From Candidatus Dojkabacteria bacterium (GTDB taxonomy: Bacteria; Patescibacteriota; Dojkabacteria; SC72), in contig JACPFP010000002.1 of assembly GCA_016182915.1 (NCBI GenBank), positions 155,188 through 219,187 on the forward strand: a DNA stretch of 64,000 nucleotides, given 5' to 3'. Below the pieces are notes generated by a model. The model had not been told where the DNA came from, ran no database searches, and worked only from the letters and a program-made list of their open reading frames with translations. The position numbers and the translations under genes were made by a program. Shown here one piece after another: positions 48,192 through 57,620 of this stretch. Numbering within the stretch: position 1 is the stretch's first letter; the number at the start of each line of letters is the position of its first letter.

Positions 48192-48869
48192 ATGAATAAA
48201 GCAGCAGTTATAACCGGTGGAAGCGATGGGATTGGTAAAGCACTAGCTATTAGACTAGCAAGCAGTGGTTTCAACGTAATTACAATAGGAAGGGATGAGA
48301 AAAAGCTTAAAGAACTCGATAAATACAACATCTCTTACCTCGTCGGAGATATTACAAACGATGACATATTCCAGAATTTCATATCCCTAGTCCGAAGTAA
48401 AACAAACTCCGTAGACTTACTCGTTAATAATGCTGGAGTACAGATTGGAAATGCCCTACTGGTTGAAGCTAGTTACTCAGACATTGAACAAATGCTAGAT
48501 ATTCATGTGAAAGTCCCCTTAAAACTAGTTCAAGAGCTAAAAGCAGATCTCAAAAAATCTCCCTCACCACAGATATTTAATATAGTAAGCGTGGTTGTAA
48601 AAAACTATTTAAAAGAGACATACGGTCCATATACGATTTCTAAATATGCAGAGTATGGACTTGGCAACATGCTCGTAAAGGAACTCGCAAAAGAGGATAT
48701 TAGAGTTACAAATGTCATACTAGGAGGGGCGAATACTAGTATCAGGGAGATGGAACGACCTGAATACCTGAACCCTGATGATGTATCGATAGTTCTTGAA
48801 AAGTTAACCCAAACTCCTGTTAATGTTTTCATGCCAGAACTTTTTATGAGCCCAAAGGTACAACTCTAA
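48192..48869 (+). CDS. SDR family oxidoreductase
   Basis: TGGSDGIG, NNAG, YTISK. Confidence 0.9.
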   Translation: MNKAAVITGGSDGIGKALAIRLASSGFNVITIGRDEKKLKELDKYNISYLVGDITNDDIFQNFISLVRSKTNSVDLLVNNAGVQIGNALLVEASYSDIEQMLDIHVKVPLKLVQELKADLKKSPSPQIFNIVSVVVKNYLKETYGPYTISKYAEYGLGNMLVKELAKEDIRVTNVILGGANTSIREMERPEYLNPDDVSIVLEKLTQTPVNVFMPELFMSPKVQL

Positions 48870-48872
48870 ACA

Positions 48873-48946
48873 TCGGGGTGACCTGACTCGAACAGGCGAC
48901 CTCTACGTCCCGAACGTAGCGTTCTAGCCATCTGAACTACACCCCG
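48873..48946 (-). tRNA. tRNA-Pro(CGG)
   Basis: CGGGGTG/CACCCCG acceptor, loop TT-CGG-GA, discriminator A; CCA not encoded. Confidence 0.95.
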
Positions 48947-48949
48947 AAA

Positions 48950-49816
48950 TTAATAAAACTTCTTATTGTATTCCTTAAGAGCCATCTTTCCACTAATATT
49001 TTTAATATCCTTAGGTTCAAAGATCGATACCCCTGCATTTATAGGTGTATTATTCTCATCTTCATACAGAAACTTCTCTCTATCCCAATTCTGTATTATC
49101 GCAAGGATACTCAGGAGACCAAGATGATGACCAATAACCATAACTTTCTTCCCAATATATTTCCTGTAAAGGTGTTTAAAGAAATCACTATGACGGTTTA
49201 TTACATCTAAAAGACTCTCCCCATTTGAATACCTAAAAGCATACCCCGACTCAATAGCTTTAAACAAAGCCTCTTTAGGCATAAATACATGAGCCAATCT
49301 AGCGTTATTGAAAATATCTTGAATTCCATGCTCCTGTTCTCTCAGACGGACATACTCGACAACCTTAACCTTACCTAATTCTGGCCATCCTTTAATCAGA
49401 TATTCAAGAGTTTGTTTCGTTCTTTTATAGGGAGAAACATATATTACATCAGGGAGCTCATAACCCTCCGCTCTCATCCCCATACCCGTCTTCAAGGCCT
49501 GATCTCTACCTGTTTTGGTTATTTCGGTTTCAAATGAACTCCCTTTTGATGGAAACTCCTTTATAACATCGTAAGCTAGGGCTTTAAGCTTCTCACTTGG
49601 ATACTCCTCCTTCAGAATTACAATCATTGCCTCCCCTATCTTTTTGCTATTAACGAGTTTAAGAATCTTTCCCCATTCCGCATCATCTAACTCTCGAAAC
49701 TTTTTGTATACAGGAGATTCCTCTATATCCTTCTTTAACTTATTGTACATAGACTCTCCATGACGAATATATACTATGGAAGAAGGAGAATATTTTGCAG
49801 TCTTAGTTTTAGACAT
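48950..49816 (-). CDS. Histidine phosphatase (phosphoglycerate mutase) family protein
   Basis: IRHGES, SPYKRTKQT, LREQEHG, GES, VIGH. Confidence 0.88.
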   Translation of the reverse strand: MSKTKTAKYSPSSIVYIRHGESMYNKLKKDIEESPVYKKFRELDDAEWGKILKLVNSKKIGEAMIVILKEEYPSEKLKALAYDVIKEFPSKGSSFETEITKTGRDQALKTGMGMRAEGYELPDVIYVSPYKRTKQTLEYLIKGWPELGKVKVVEYVRLREQEHGIQDIFNNARLAHVFMPKEALFKAIESGYAFRYSNGESLLDVINRHSDFFKHLYRKYIGKKVMVIGHHLGLLSILAIIQNWDREKFLYEDENNTPINAGVSIFEPKDIKNISGKMALKEYNKKFY

Positions 49817-49856
49817 AACCCAAACTATTTAAATTAGTATAAATAGTAACGAGATT

Positions 49857-52463
49857 TTACATCTGCTCTACTGTATCTATCCCTAGAATATAAAGGGCTT
49901 TCTTAAGAATCTCAGTTGTAATATATACAAGCCTTAGTCTACTCTCTTTTACGTTTAAATCTCTCTCATTCTGAATATTGAATTCCCCATAGAATTTATT
50001 AAAGGATTCTGACAACTCATAGATATATCTGCAAAGAAGATGCGGAGATATATTATTTGCCGCATTCTTCACGAGTTCAGGATATTCACCTATCTTCTTT
50101 AATAGCTCTATCTCAACTTCACTATTAAGGACCTTATCCAATTCTAATTCCTTACTTCTAAATTCATACTTACAATTTCTTAGAATACTTAAACCTCTCG
50201 CATATGAATAGAGGATATATGGAGCCGCAAAGCCTGTCATACTCATAAACTTATCTATATCCCAGTTGATATCCTTATGAAGTTCATGTGAAAGTATTGC
50301 GAACTTCAGGGCCCCCATTGCAACAGTATGCGCAATTAAATCCTTCTCCTCATTACTATACCCTTTGTCTACACCTATACTCTTTCGAGCAATCTCCTCT
50401 GCCTCTGCTATAAGGTCAGTATATTTAACATTCTTTCCCGTTTTAGAACTCATCTTCTTGTTCTCGAAAAGCAACCATCCAAAACCAATATGCATATACT
50501 TTCCTTCAAGGTTAGGGAAGATAAGCTCGAGAGCTTTAATCATAGCCTTGAAGTATGCGTTCTGTTCTACTGACGTTGTTACAATGGCAAGATCTAAGGA
50601 AGGATAGTCAGTGAACTTTTTGACTGCTAAACCTAAGTCCTTACCAGAGTACGAAGGGAAACCGGCAGAGGTTAAGAACACCCATCTTTGAAGGCCATAT
50701 TTCTCGCCCTCAAAGATAACCGCTCCAGCATCCTTGGTAAAGACCTTTCCTATGTTCTCAGTTACAATCTCCTTCCCATTTTTCCATACAACAGATTCTG
50801 GATACTGTATATCATACTCAACTCCAAGCTCCTTAAATGCCTTATCCTGATGTTTGATACTAATCTCCCTTGTATATTCATAAAGCTCAATAATATTTTC
50901 ATCTGAGCGATTGTATATCTTCATATTTATATCTTTAACCTCTTCTAAAACATTCTCTTTCTCCGAAGACAGTTTTCTACCGAATACATACGATTGATCA
51001 AGATATCTAGCGGCTTCATCTATCCCCTTTTCCTTAACAATTTGGTCTAAACTCTCTTTAATTTCGGCAACATCCTCCTTTGAAAGCTTGCTATACCACG
51101 TCCCATTTCTGTTTATAACTCCCCATATACAGTTAGAGACCTGAAGACCAATATCCCCAAAGTAGTTAGCTTTGATTACATCGTATCCGAGATTGGCATA
51201 AAGTCTGGCAATTGGAAGACCTGTTACCGCACTTTTGAAGTGTCCTAGTTGTAGGGCTTTATGGGTGTTGGGCTGGCCAAACTCTACCATAACCTGTTTT
51301 CCCCTCCCGATATCTCCTTTTCCGTACTCCTCACTATAGCTATTTACAACGCTTTTAACCTCTTCACTCTTAATAAAGAAGTTTATATATCCTGGATTTA
51401 CGGTTTCAACTCTATCTATGAAATCAAGTTTCTTAATATTTCCGGCTAGTTCCTGCGCAATCTTAATTGGAGCCTTCTTAAGTTTTTCTGCAAGGTTCAT
51501 CGCTACTGTTGTAGAGTAGTCTCCAAACTTATTGTTATTATTTTTTATAATGACAACCCTATTCTTCCCTGCAAGAAGGTCTTTGGAAAGTGTAAGGACA
51601 GAGTCGTATACAATCACTTGTATCTTTTCCTCAATACTTCCTTCGTCATACTCGTAAGTCTTCTCCTCCTTCTTCTGAGCCTGTACTTTAACCTGGTCAA
51701 CTTTCTGAATTACAGGTATAGATACTCCTTCTATATCTTTAGACTTATAGTCGATTTCAACCTCGGGAGTTTCAATATCCAGGGTAATTACAAAACCTTT
51801 TCCTCCAAAGTTAGATGTTACATAATCTATAAATTCATTTGCCGCTTTCAATATATTTTTCTCGTTAATTCCTTTGAAACCATCCATAATGAAATATCCA
51901 TCTTTAGACTCCTCTGTTAGTTTTGTTCTTTCACACTGTCTCCAGTTTAACGAGAGGGTCGAAACATCATAATCATCGGCCCAGATAAGATCACCGATCT
52001 TTGGAGACTTAGCCTTTTCTTCTGAGATACCTAACCAATGTTCATCTCCTTTTGCAAACTTCATCACAAAATCACCGTAGACTTTGCTAAGATCCTCGCC
52101 ACCAAAAGGAGTAATGTACTTAATACTGAAGGAATTATATAGATCAACAATAGGATTAATTCTAGGAAGATTTCCACCCTCTACTACTCTTGATGCTAAA
52201 GCGAAATGTGTTGGTTTAGTTCTCTTAGGATTAGCCCCGAATTTCTCGAAGGCTTCAAAATACGCTTTTATGTATGGGTGGGAGACAATCTCATCACTCC
52301 CCTCTACTTCCTTTATAAGAGTCTTCTGAGCATTCTCTTTAAATTTTGTAAGGAGTTTCTCTTTATCTTCATTCCAACTATTATCAAATCCCTGAATAAT
52401 CGGGATTGCGACAAAAAGATCAGGGAATTTTTCGAATACCTCACTTTCAATTCTAAATTTCAT
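49857..52463 (-). CDS. argS: Arginyl-tRNA synthetase with N-terminal B3/B4 domain
   Basis: FGDYST, GYINF, EFGQPNTHKALQLGH, KMSSK, APYILYSYAR, GIDTVEQM; first ~240 aa LPRINPIVDLYN...GGED...NWRQCERTK. Confidence 0.95.
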   Translation of the reverse strand: MKFRIESEVFEKFPDLFVAIPIIQGFDNSWNEDKEKLLTKFKENAQKTLIKEVEGSDEIVSHPYIKAYFEAFEKFGANPKRTKPTHFALASRVVEGGNLPRINPIVDLYNSFSIKYITPFGGEDLSKVYGDFVMKFAKGDEHWLGISEEKAKSPKIGDLIWADDYDVSTLSLNWRQCERTKLTEESKDGYFIMDGFKGINEKNILKAANEFIDYVTSNFGGKGFVITLDIETPEVEIDYKSKDIEGVSIPVIQKVDQVKVQAQKKEEKTYEYDEGSIEEKIQVIVYDSVLTLSKDLLAGKNRVVIIKNNNNKFGDYSTTVAMNLAEKLKKAPIKIAQELAGNIKKLDFIDRVETVNPGYINFFIKSEEVKSVVNSYSEEYGKGDIGRGKQVMVEFGQPNTHKALQLGHFKSAVTGLPIARLYANLGYDVIKANYFGDIGLQVSNCIWGVINRNGTWYSKLSKEDVAEIKESLDQIVKEKGIDEAARYLDQSYVFGRKLSSEKENVLEEVKDINMKIYNRSDENIIELYEYTREISIKHQDKAFKELGVEYDIQYPESVVWKNGKEIVTENIGKVFTKDAGAVIFEGEKYGLQRWVFLTSAGFPSYSGKDLGLAVKKFTDYPSLDLAIVTTSVEQNAYFKAMIKALELIFPNLEGKYMHIGFGWLLFENKKMSSKTGKNVKYTDLIAEAEEIARKSIGVDKGYSNEEKDLIAHTVAMGALKFAILSHELHKDINWDIDKFMSMTGFAAPYILYSYARGLSILRNCKYEFRSKELELDKVLNSEVEIELLKKIGEYPELVKNAANNISPHLLCRYIYELSESFNKFYGEFNIQNERDLNVKESRLRLVYITTEILKKALYILGIDTVEQM

Positions 52464-52485
52464 TTTTATACGACTTATTTATATG

Positions 52486-52559
52486 CGCGCCTGGAAGGAG
52501 TCGAACCCTCAACCCCTAGTTCCGAAGACTAGTGCTCTATCCAGTTGAGCTACAGGCGC
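52486..52559 (-). tRNA. tRNA-Arg(TCG)
   Basis: GCGCCTG/CAGGCGC acceptor, loop CT-TCG-GA, discriminator G. Confidence 0.95.
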
Positions 52560-52638
52560 ATATTAAAAATACTATCTAATTTTTTAAGAACAATCTCTCT
52601 TTACTTCCATATTACACTACCGATCACATATTCATATG

Positions 52639-52712
52639 CGTACCTGAACGGAATCGAACCGTTAACCTTTGGTTCCGCAAACCAATGCTCTATCCAATTG
52701 AGCTACAGGTAC
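52639..52712 (-). tRNA. tRNA-Arg(GCG)
   Basis: GTACCTG/CAGGTAC acceptor, loop TT-GCG-GA, discriminator G. Confidence 0.95.
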
Positions 52713-52743
52713 ATGGGAAAATATAAGGATGGAAATTTTTAAA

Positions 52744-52820
52744 TGGCGTACCCGGCCGGAATCGAACCGACAACCTACTACTTAGAAGGCAGTTGCTCTA
52801 TCCAATTGAGCTACGGGTAC
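52744..52820 (-). tRNA. tRNA-Arg(TCT)
   Basis: GTACCCG/CGGGTAC acceptor, loop CT-TCT-AA, ends GCCA. Confidence 0.95.
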
Positions 52821-52841
52821 ATGCCATGGGTATTATATAAC

Positions 52842-53068
52842 AAAAAACCCCATCCTTAAACCACATTACCTGTGATCTAGGGACGGAGTTACCGTGGTGC
52901 CACCCTACTTTACAAACTATATTATGATATAGCCTGACTTAATTACCTTCCCTACTTGCATAAATGCTTTCTTCGGGAGAAGACAAAAGCTCTTTTCTAC
53001 ATAACATACTATTAGGTTTACACTCTACCTAACTCACTATAAATATTGGTATGTATACTCTTCTTTAT
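52842..53068 (-). promoter_or_regulatory. T-box riboswitch (Arg, AGA specifier) upstream of three tRNA-Arg genes and argS
   Basis: AGGGTGGCACCACG T-box (52893-52906), CGTCCCT partner, terminator ending GGGGTTTTTT, long Stem I with AGTA/GAA loop and AGTGAG bulge, TTGTAA-17-TATAAT promoter. Confidence 0.9.
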
Positions 53069-53116
53069 GTTTAGATTATATGAAAATTTTAGATCAATTA
53101 CAATATCTATTATGAA

Positions 53117-53403
53117 TATCCCTAGATAAGGCGATGTATGTGTGAGTTCCACGGCTAATTTTAGGAAGTTTTACTTCGGATAGCGACCTTAGCTAAAGCG
53201 AAAAGTTTAACTCATCTTCCTCTATTCACGGAAGCCCTTCAAAAAAGGTAATTTCGACCTCAAGATGCGTGGAACTTAGCTCCAATTTTTATAGACTAAG
53301 GAGAAAGATACAAGACGAACCTTAGAAAGCTAGAGAGAGAGGATACCGGTATAATAAGAAAAGCCGGCGTTGAATCGTTTTGAACTTCGGCCCCTAATCA
53401 CCA
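53117..53403 (+). ncRNA. Unassigned structured ncRNA candidate
   Basis: ORF-free, more GC-rich than other intergenic DNA, several nested helices; G-U pairs and purine-rich loops favour the + strand. Confidence 0.5.
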
Positions 53404-53419
53404 TGAAACATAAAGAGAA

Positions 53420-54589
53420 TTACTTCTCATTCAAAATCTTCTTTACGAGGTTGGAAATATCAAAAGCCTGTGCCTTTGAGATGCTCAAACCGGTGGGAAG
53501 ATTGATTATATGCCTTGAAATTTCCTCCGCAGTAGGACACTCACTCCACCTATACCCCATTGCTTCTATATTTGTGGATGCAGGATATACAAGGGGATTA
53601 TACCAGTTACCATAATATACATTTGCCTTATCTAAAGCCTTTTGCACTTTGTTTAGCACTTGATAATCATCAATAACCAGTGGGAAACGAACTGTAGAGA
53701 CTCCTCTTAAATGTGGAACACTCAAAGCACTAGCATATATATCGTTAATATATTCCCTGTGTGAAAGGTTTTCTTCAAGATCCTTCATTTGATCAAGTAT
53801 CACGTGCGAAAGAACATTAGGAAGTTTCCTGGGGTATCCGCTTGGCTTTATCCCTCTAAGTTCAGAACGGTAGAAACCCATATTTAGCAACCCAAGGCTA
53901 TTTAGAAAAAGTGAAACACCGGTTTGAAGACCCCTCAAGCTTCTAAGTCCCCTCCATACTACCGGATTAAGTAGCCAAAGGAACGTATCTATAATTCCAA
54001 GGTTCCTAATCTTTGAATACTCTCTATCTAACATAGGAATTAGCTCAGGATTATTTACAATTAATGCTCCACCCACTCTTGTTGAAAGAATCTTCTCAAT
54101 ACCAAAGCTGATAATAGCCGCATCACCCTTACTCCCCTGCTTATTATTTCCAAGTGAGTGAGCGCAGTCTTCCAACACATAAATCCCCTTAGATTTAGCA
54201 AACTTGAGCATTTCATCACTCAATCCACCAATACCAAAGGTATGCTGAGCAATCAGGACCTTTGTTCTTGTTGAAACCCTCTCCTTTAATGACTTAAAAT
54301 CCATACCGAAACTTTTAGGTGAGATATCAATGTACAGGGGGGTATGTTTTAGCCAAAGAATGGGGTTAACAACTGCATTACAGGTAAAAGCTTGAATTGC
54401 TACCTCTGTATCTAAAGGTAAATCAAGAGCTTTGAGGAAGAGATACTCAGCACTTCTCGCATTAGAAAATAGATATACTCTTTTAGCACCGTACATACTG
54501 CCAAGACTTTTCTCCAAACGACTACTGTAGTCCCCTTTATAGTACCTGGTAAAGCCAAATATCATCTTCAAATACTCGAGGTTCTGCAT
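53420..54589 (-). CDS. DegT/DnrJ/EryC1/StrS family aminotransferase
   Basis: QAFTCNAV, QHTFG, LEDCAHSLG, SFGIEK, INLP. Confidence 0.9.
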   Translation of the reverse strand: MQNLEYLKMIFGFTRYYKGDYSSRLEKSLGSMYGAKRVYLFSNARSAEYLFLKALDLPLDTEVAIQAFTCNAVVNPILWLKHTPLYIDISPKSFGMDFKSLKERVSTRTKVLIAQHTFGIGGLSDEMLKFAKSKGIYVLEDCAHSLGNNKQGSKGDAAIISFGIEKILSTRVGGALIVNNPELIPMLDREYSKIRNLGIIDTFLWLLNPVVWRGLRSLRGLQTGVSLFLNSLGLLNMGFYRSELRGIKPSGYPRKLPNVLSHVILDQMKDLEENLSHREYINDIYASALSVPHLRGVSTVRFPLVIDDYQVLNKVQKALDKANVYYGNWYNPLVYPASTNIEAMGYRWSECPTAEEISRHIINLPTGLSISKAQAFDISNLVKKILNEK

Positions 54590-54630
54590 CCAATTAATTT
54601 ACAATTTTATATAATACATTATACAACCCT

Positions 54631-55458
54631 TTACTCCAGATTGATAACTATATCCCCTGCTTTAACAGTATCAATATGTTTAATTCCAAGAGTATTAAAC
54701 CTCGATAGAGTTTCATTCCCAGGATGACCGTAACTGTTATCCTTACCATAACTACATATAACTAGTGAGGGAGATAAATATTCCAAAAATCTATATGAGG
54801 AGGAGCTGTTAGAGCAGTGATGACCCGCTTTGAGTATTTCTATGTCACTTGGTATAGCTTTACTGCTAATTAGCGATACCTCTCTCTCCGTTTCAACATC
54901 TCCGACATAGAGAATCCTCCTCCCCTTATCGTCCAACTCCAACACAACAGAGGAATTATTAACATCCTTCTGTGATTCAAAACATTTTTCAACAGTTTCT
55001 CCATAACTTACTGAATATCCATTACTATCTACATTAACCTTAATATAGTCGGAGTATATAACATCAGTCCTCTCACTGAGGTTATCGATAAGGTATCTCA
55101 AGGTATCATTGTTTACACAGGAAGTGGGAAGTACTAGATGTCTTATTCTATATCTCTTCACAACCTCAACTAAACCAAGCATATGATCTTCATGTGGATG
55201 TGTTAGTACTACATAATCTATTTCTTGATTAACATTTAGATACTTTTGAAGCTTTTGGACGAAAAAAGAATCAGGTCCTCCATCAATTAAGATCTCAACC
55301 TCATCAGACAGTTTAATTAATGAGGCATCCCCCTGTCCTACATCAAAAAATATAAGCCTTGGATATATACCTTGATCGTATAACAGTATACTATATAGGA
55401 TAGAGGATATAAGCAAGAGGAACATAAACCTGCTAGTACTGGATGCTAAGCCCATCAT
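54631..55458 (-). CDS. ComEC C-terminal metallo-beta-lactamase domain protein
   Basis: FFDVGQGDA, THPHEDH, NNSSVV, KAGHHCS, NSYGHP. Confidence 0.92.
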   Translation of the reverse strand: MMGLASSTSRFMFLLLISSILYSILLYDQGIYPRLIFFDVGQGDASLIKLSDEVEILIDGGPDSFFVQKLQKYLNVNQEIDYVVLTHPHEDHMLGLVEVVKRYRIRHLVLPTSCVNNDTLRYLIDNLSERTDVIYSDYIKVNVDSNGYSVSYGETVEKCFESQKDVNNSSVVLELDDKGRRILYVGDVETEREVSLISSKAIPSDIEILKAGHHCSNSSSSYRFLEYLSPSLVICSYGKDNSYGHPGNETLSRFNTLGIKHIDTVKAGDIVINLE

Positions 55459-56945
55459 CGTAACACCACACTAATATCAGTCCTCATTCTAGCGAGAGAT
55501 ACTAGCAAAAGAGCGATTAACAGTATAACCGGTAATAGATAGCCCATATCAATTGCGGCGAGCTTCAGTTTACCACCGAATTCAACAACTATGCCTGTTG
55601 TGACGAATAGAATGCTAATTATTTTTGCAATAATTATACTTATATTCACTGAAATCTCTCTAAGAAACATATACATTATTCCCAGTGGCATCATAAACTC
55701 GAGAGTGCTTAATACTAGAAAATTAGTTATCACAGATATAGTTGAGACACTTCCAAAGTTAATGCTTGAAACAGGCATAACTACAGCTGAGCATACTAAA
55801 GGTATTAATATCGCATCTGTAATATTAACCATCTTTTTTATTGCGGGAACTATAAAAACAATACCAAACGTTGCTAAAAATGATAGCTGAAAGCCAATAT
55901 CAAATAGATATAGGGGGTTGAATATTAGCATTGTAATACAAACTAGGAAAAGATTAAAAAGAGGCGGCAATGGATATCCAGCAAAGTTAGCCAGTATACC
56001 AAATACATTTGAGAGCATTGCTCGAAGTACCGAGGCCGTGTTACCTGCTATAAAACAGTAAAGTAGGACAATTGGTACTGAAAGAAACTTACGTAAACGC
56101 ACATTCAGAAAGAAAAATAGACTCTCTGTAAGAGATTGTACAAAAAGAATATTATAACCAGATGCTGCAACGATATGAGACAGACCTGTAGCCCTTATAG
56201 CGCTTTGAAACTCCTCTGTGTACACACGATCATCCCCAAACATAATACCAATTAACAGCGAGGCATTGGGTTCATCTAATCCCCTTTCTATCCCTCTTAC
56301 AATATGACTTTTGATTATATGTAAGGTAAATATTGAGAGTCCCTCCTTCCTCACACAATCGATATGAAATAATCTTACCTGCAAATAGGTGTTACTGTTA
56401 ATTAAATACTTTGAAAACCCATCATCTCCCATTACGAAAGTTGGATCTCCCTGAAAAACGCACCTACTTCCCTTCTCTACCTCTGGATATCTAGGGACTT
56501 GCATGTAGATATTCGCTCCATTTTTAAGTTTTCCCCATACAATCTGGTACCTTGATTTCTGTTTTACACGATTTCTAACCTCCACATAGTACCTCCCCAC
56601 CCTTAACTCATCCTCTACCACCTCATGCGCCTTCTCAATCTGATTATCTATCTTACCCTTAACTACTAATATCGAGATTCCTGAAACTATAATGGAAACA
56701 AGTAGGATATAACCCAATCTTTTAAAATCCCTTTTTATGACAAAAGGGAGAATCAAAAGAAAGAGAAAGAGTGTATACAATAGATATGGACCTCCTAACA
56801 ACAATTTAAGGCCTAAGGATATAAGCAGAAATATTAGAATAGGAATAACTATCAAAGGGTTTACTATTAAATGGTAGTAGTACCAATCAAACTCTTTTTT
56901 AAAACGAAGTGCTGTGGAGATTAAGAGCCTTCTAACTATAAACAT
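55455..56945 (-). CDS. comEC: ComEC/Rec2 competence membrane protein
   Basis: TGLSHIVAASGYN, SVLRA, GFQLSFLAT. Confidence 0.92.
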   Translation of the reverse strand: MFIVRRLLISTALRFKKEFDWYYYHLIVNPLIVIPILIFLLISLGLKLLLGGPYLLYTLFLFLLILPFVIKRDFKRLGYILLVSIIVSGISILVVKGKIDNQIEKAHEVVEDELRVGRYYVEVRNRVKQKSRYQIVWGKLKNGANIYMQVPRYPEVEKGSRCVFQGDPTFVMGDDGFSKYLINSNTYLQVRLFHIDCVRKEGLSIFTLHIIKSHIVRGIERGLDEPNASLLIGIMFGDDRVYTEEFQSAIRATGLSHIVAASGYNILFVQSLTESLFFFLNVRLRKFLSVPIVLLYCFIAGNTASVLRAMLSNVFGILANFAGYPLPPLFNLFLVCITMLIFNPLYLFDIGFQLSFLATFGIVFIVPAIKKMVNITDAILIPLVCSAVVMPVSSINFGSVSTISVITNFLVLSTLEFMMPLGIMYMFLREISVNISIIIAKIISILFVTTGIVVEFGGKLKLAAIDMGYLLPVILLIALLLVSLARMRTDISVVLR

Positions 56946-57583
56946 ATTGCATCTTTTATCTGCTCAAATAGTTTATCGCTTATCCCAGCCCTACTTTTTA
57001 CCTCCTCAGCTTTACTGTATGGACGAGAGGCCATAATCTTCTTTGCTGATACTTCTCCAATACCATTTAGATCTTCAAGCTCCTTTTGAGTTGCATTATT
57101 TAGACTCACACAACCCTTTTCTCCTTCAGAATCAATATAATCATCTAGTTTTAAGTCTGCAACAAATGGGACATGCTCACATTTCAAATCATCTTCGAAT
57201 GGAAAGTATAACTTCTGGTTTCCTGTAAGCTTTTCTGCCAGGTTTATTCTCTGTGATACATATCTAGAAGCGGCTAAACGGTTGAGCCCCCCAGAGGCAT
57301 CTAATGCCTCACTGATAATGCTTTGGTCTGTGAAACAATACACTCCCGGCTTGTTAACCGCTCCTGCGACCTCTACCGGAAAGGTGCAGACCTCTTCTTT
57401 AGCTATCCCTTTAACGCTTTCTTCCCCCTCCTGTCCTATATCTGAGATATCCAAAGTTACTTTCTCTTTACGAGTATCAAATATTGAATCTATCGGAAAG
57501 AAATATCCTAATCCATAGCCAAAGGCCACACCAAAGAGGAATACGATTGAATATATGTATATAGGTTTTAATTTGTGAGGCAT
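56936..57583 (-). CDS. comEA: ComEA DNA receptor (SLBB + HhH)
   Basis: VAGAVNKPGVY, INLAEKL, LNNAT...LNGIGEVSA. Confidence 0.9.
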   Translation of the reverse strand: MPHKLKPIYIYSIVFLFGVAFGYGLGYFFPIDSIFDTRKEKVTLDISDIGQEGEESVKGIAKEEVCTFPVEVAGAVNKPGVYCFTDQSIISEALDASGGLNRLAASRYVSQRINLAEKLTGNQKLYFPFEDDLKCEHVPFVADLKLDDYIDSEGEKGCVSLNNATQKELEDLNGIGEVSAKKIMASRPYSKAEEVKSRAGISDKLFEQIKDAICL

Positions 57584-57620
57584 ACTTAATGATACCTCAC
57601 CGTGATGAAATCAAAATGAA

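Noticed and set aside
44966-48873. tRNA-Pro-anchored integrative island
   Set aside because: No integrase and no duplicated tRNA 3' end found at the far boundary
53117-53403. Firm call as tmRNA, RNase P RNA, or group I/II intron
   Set aside because: No T-arm/acceptor 3' half on the strand with the GGGGCCG start, no GAGGAAAGTCC P4 strand, no P7 partner for GACTA, and no proper domain V
54631-56945. Split comEC as a frameshifted pseudogene
   Set aside because: The two ORFs are coupled by a clean ATGA overlap, the second has its own N-terminal TM segment, and split ComEC is common
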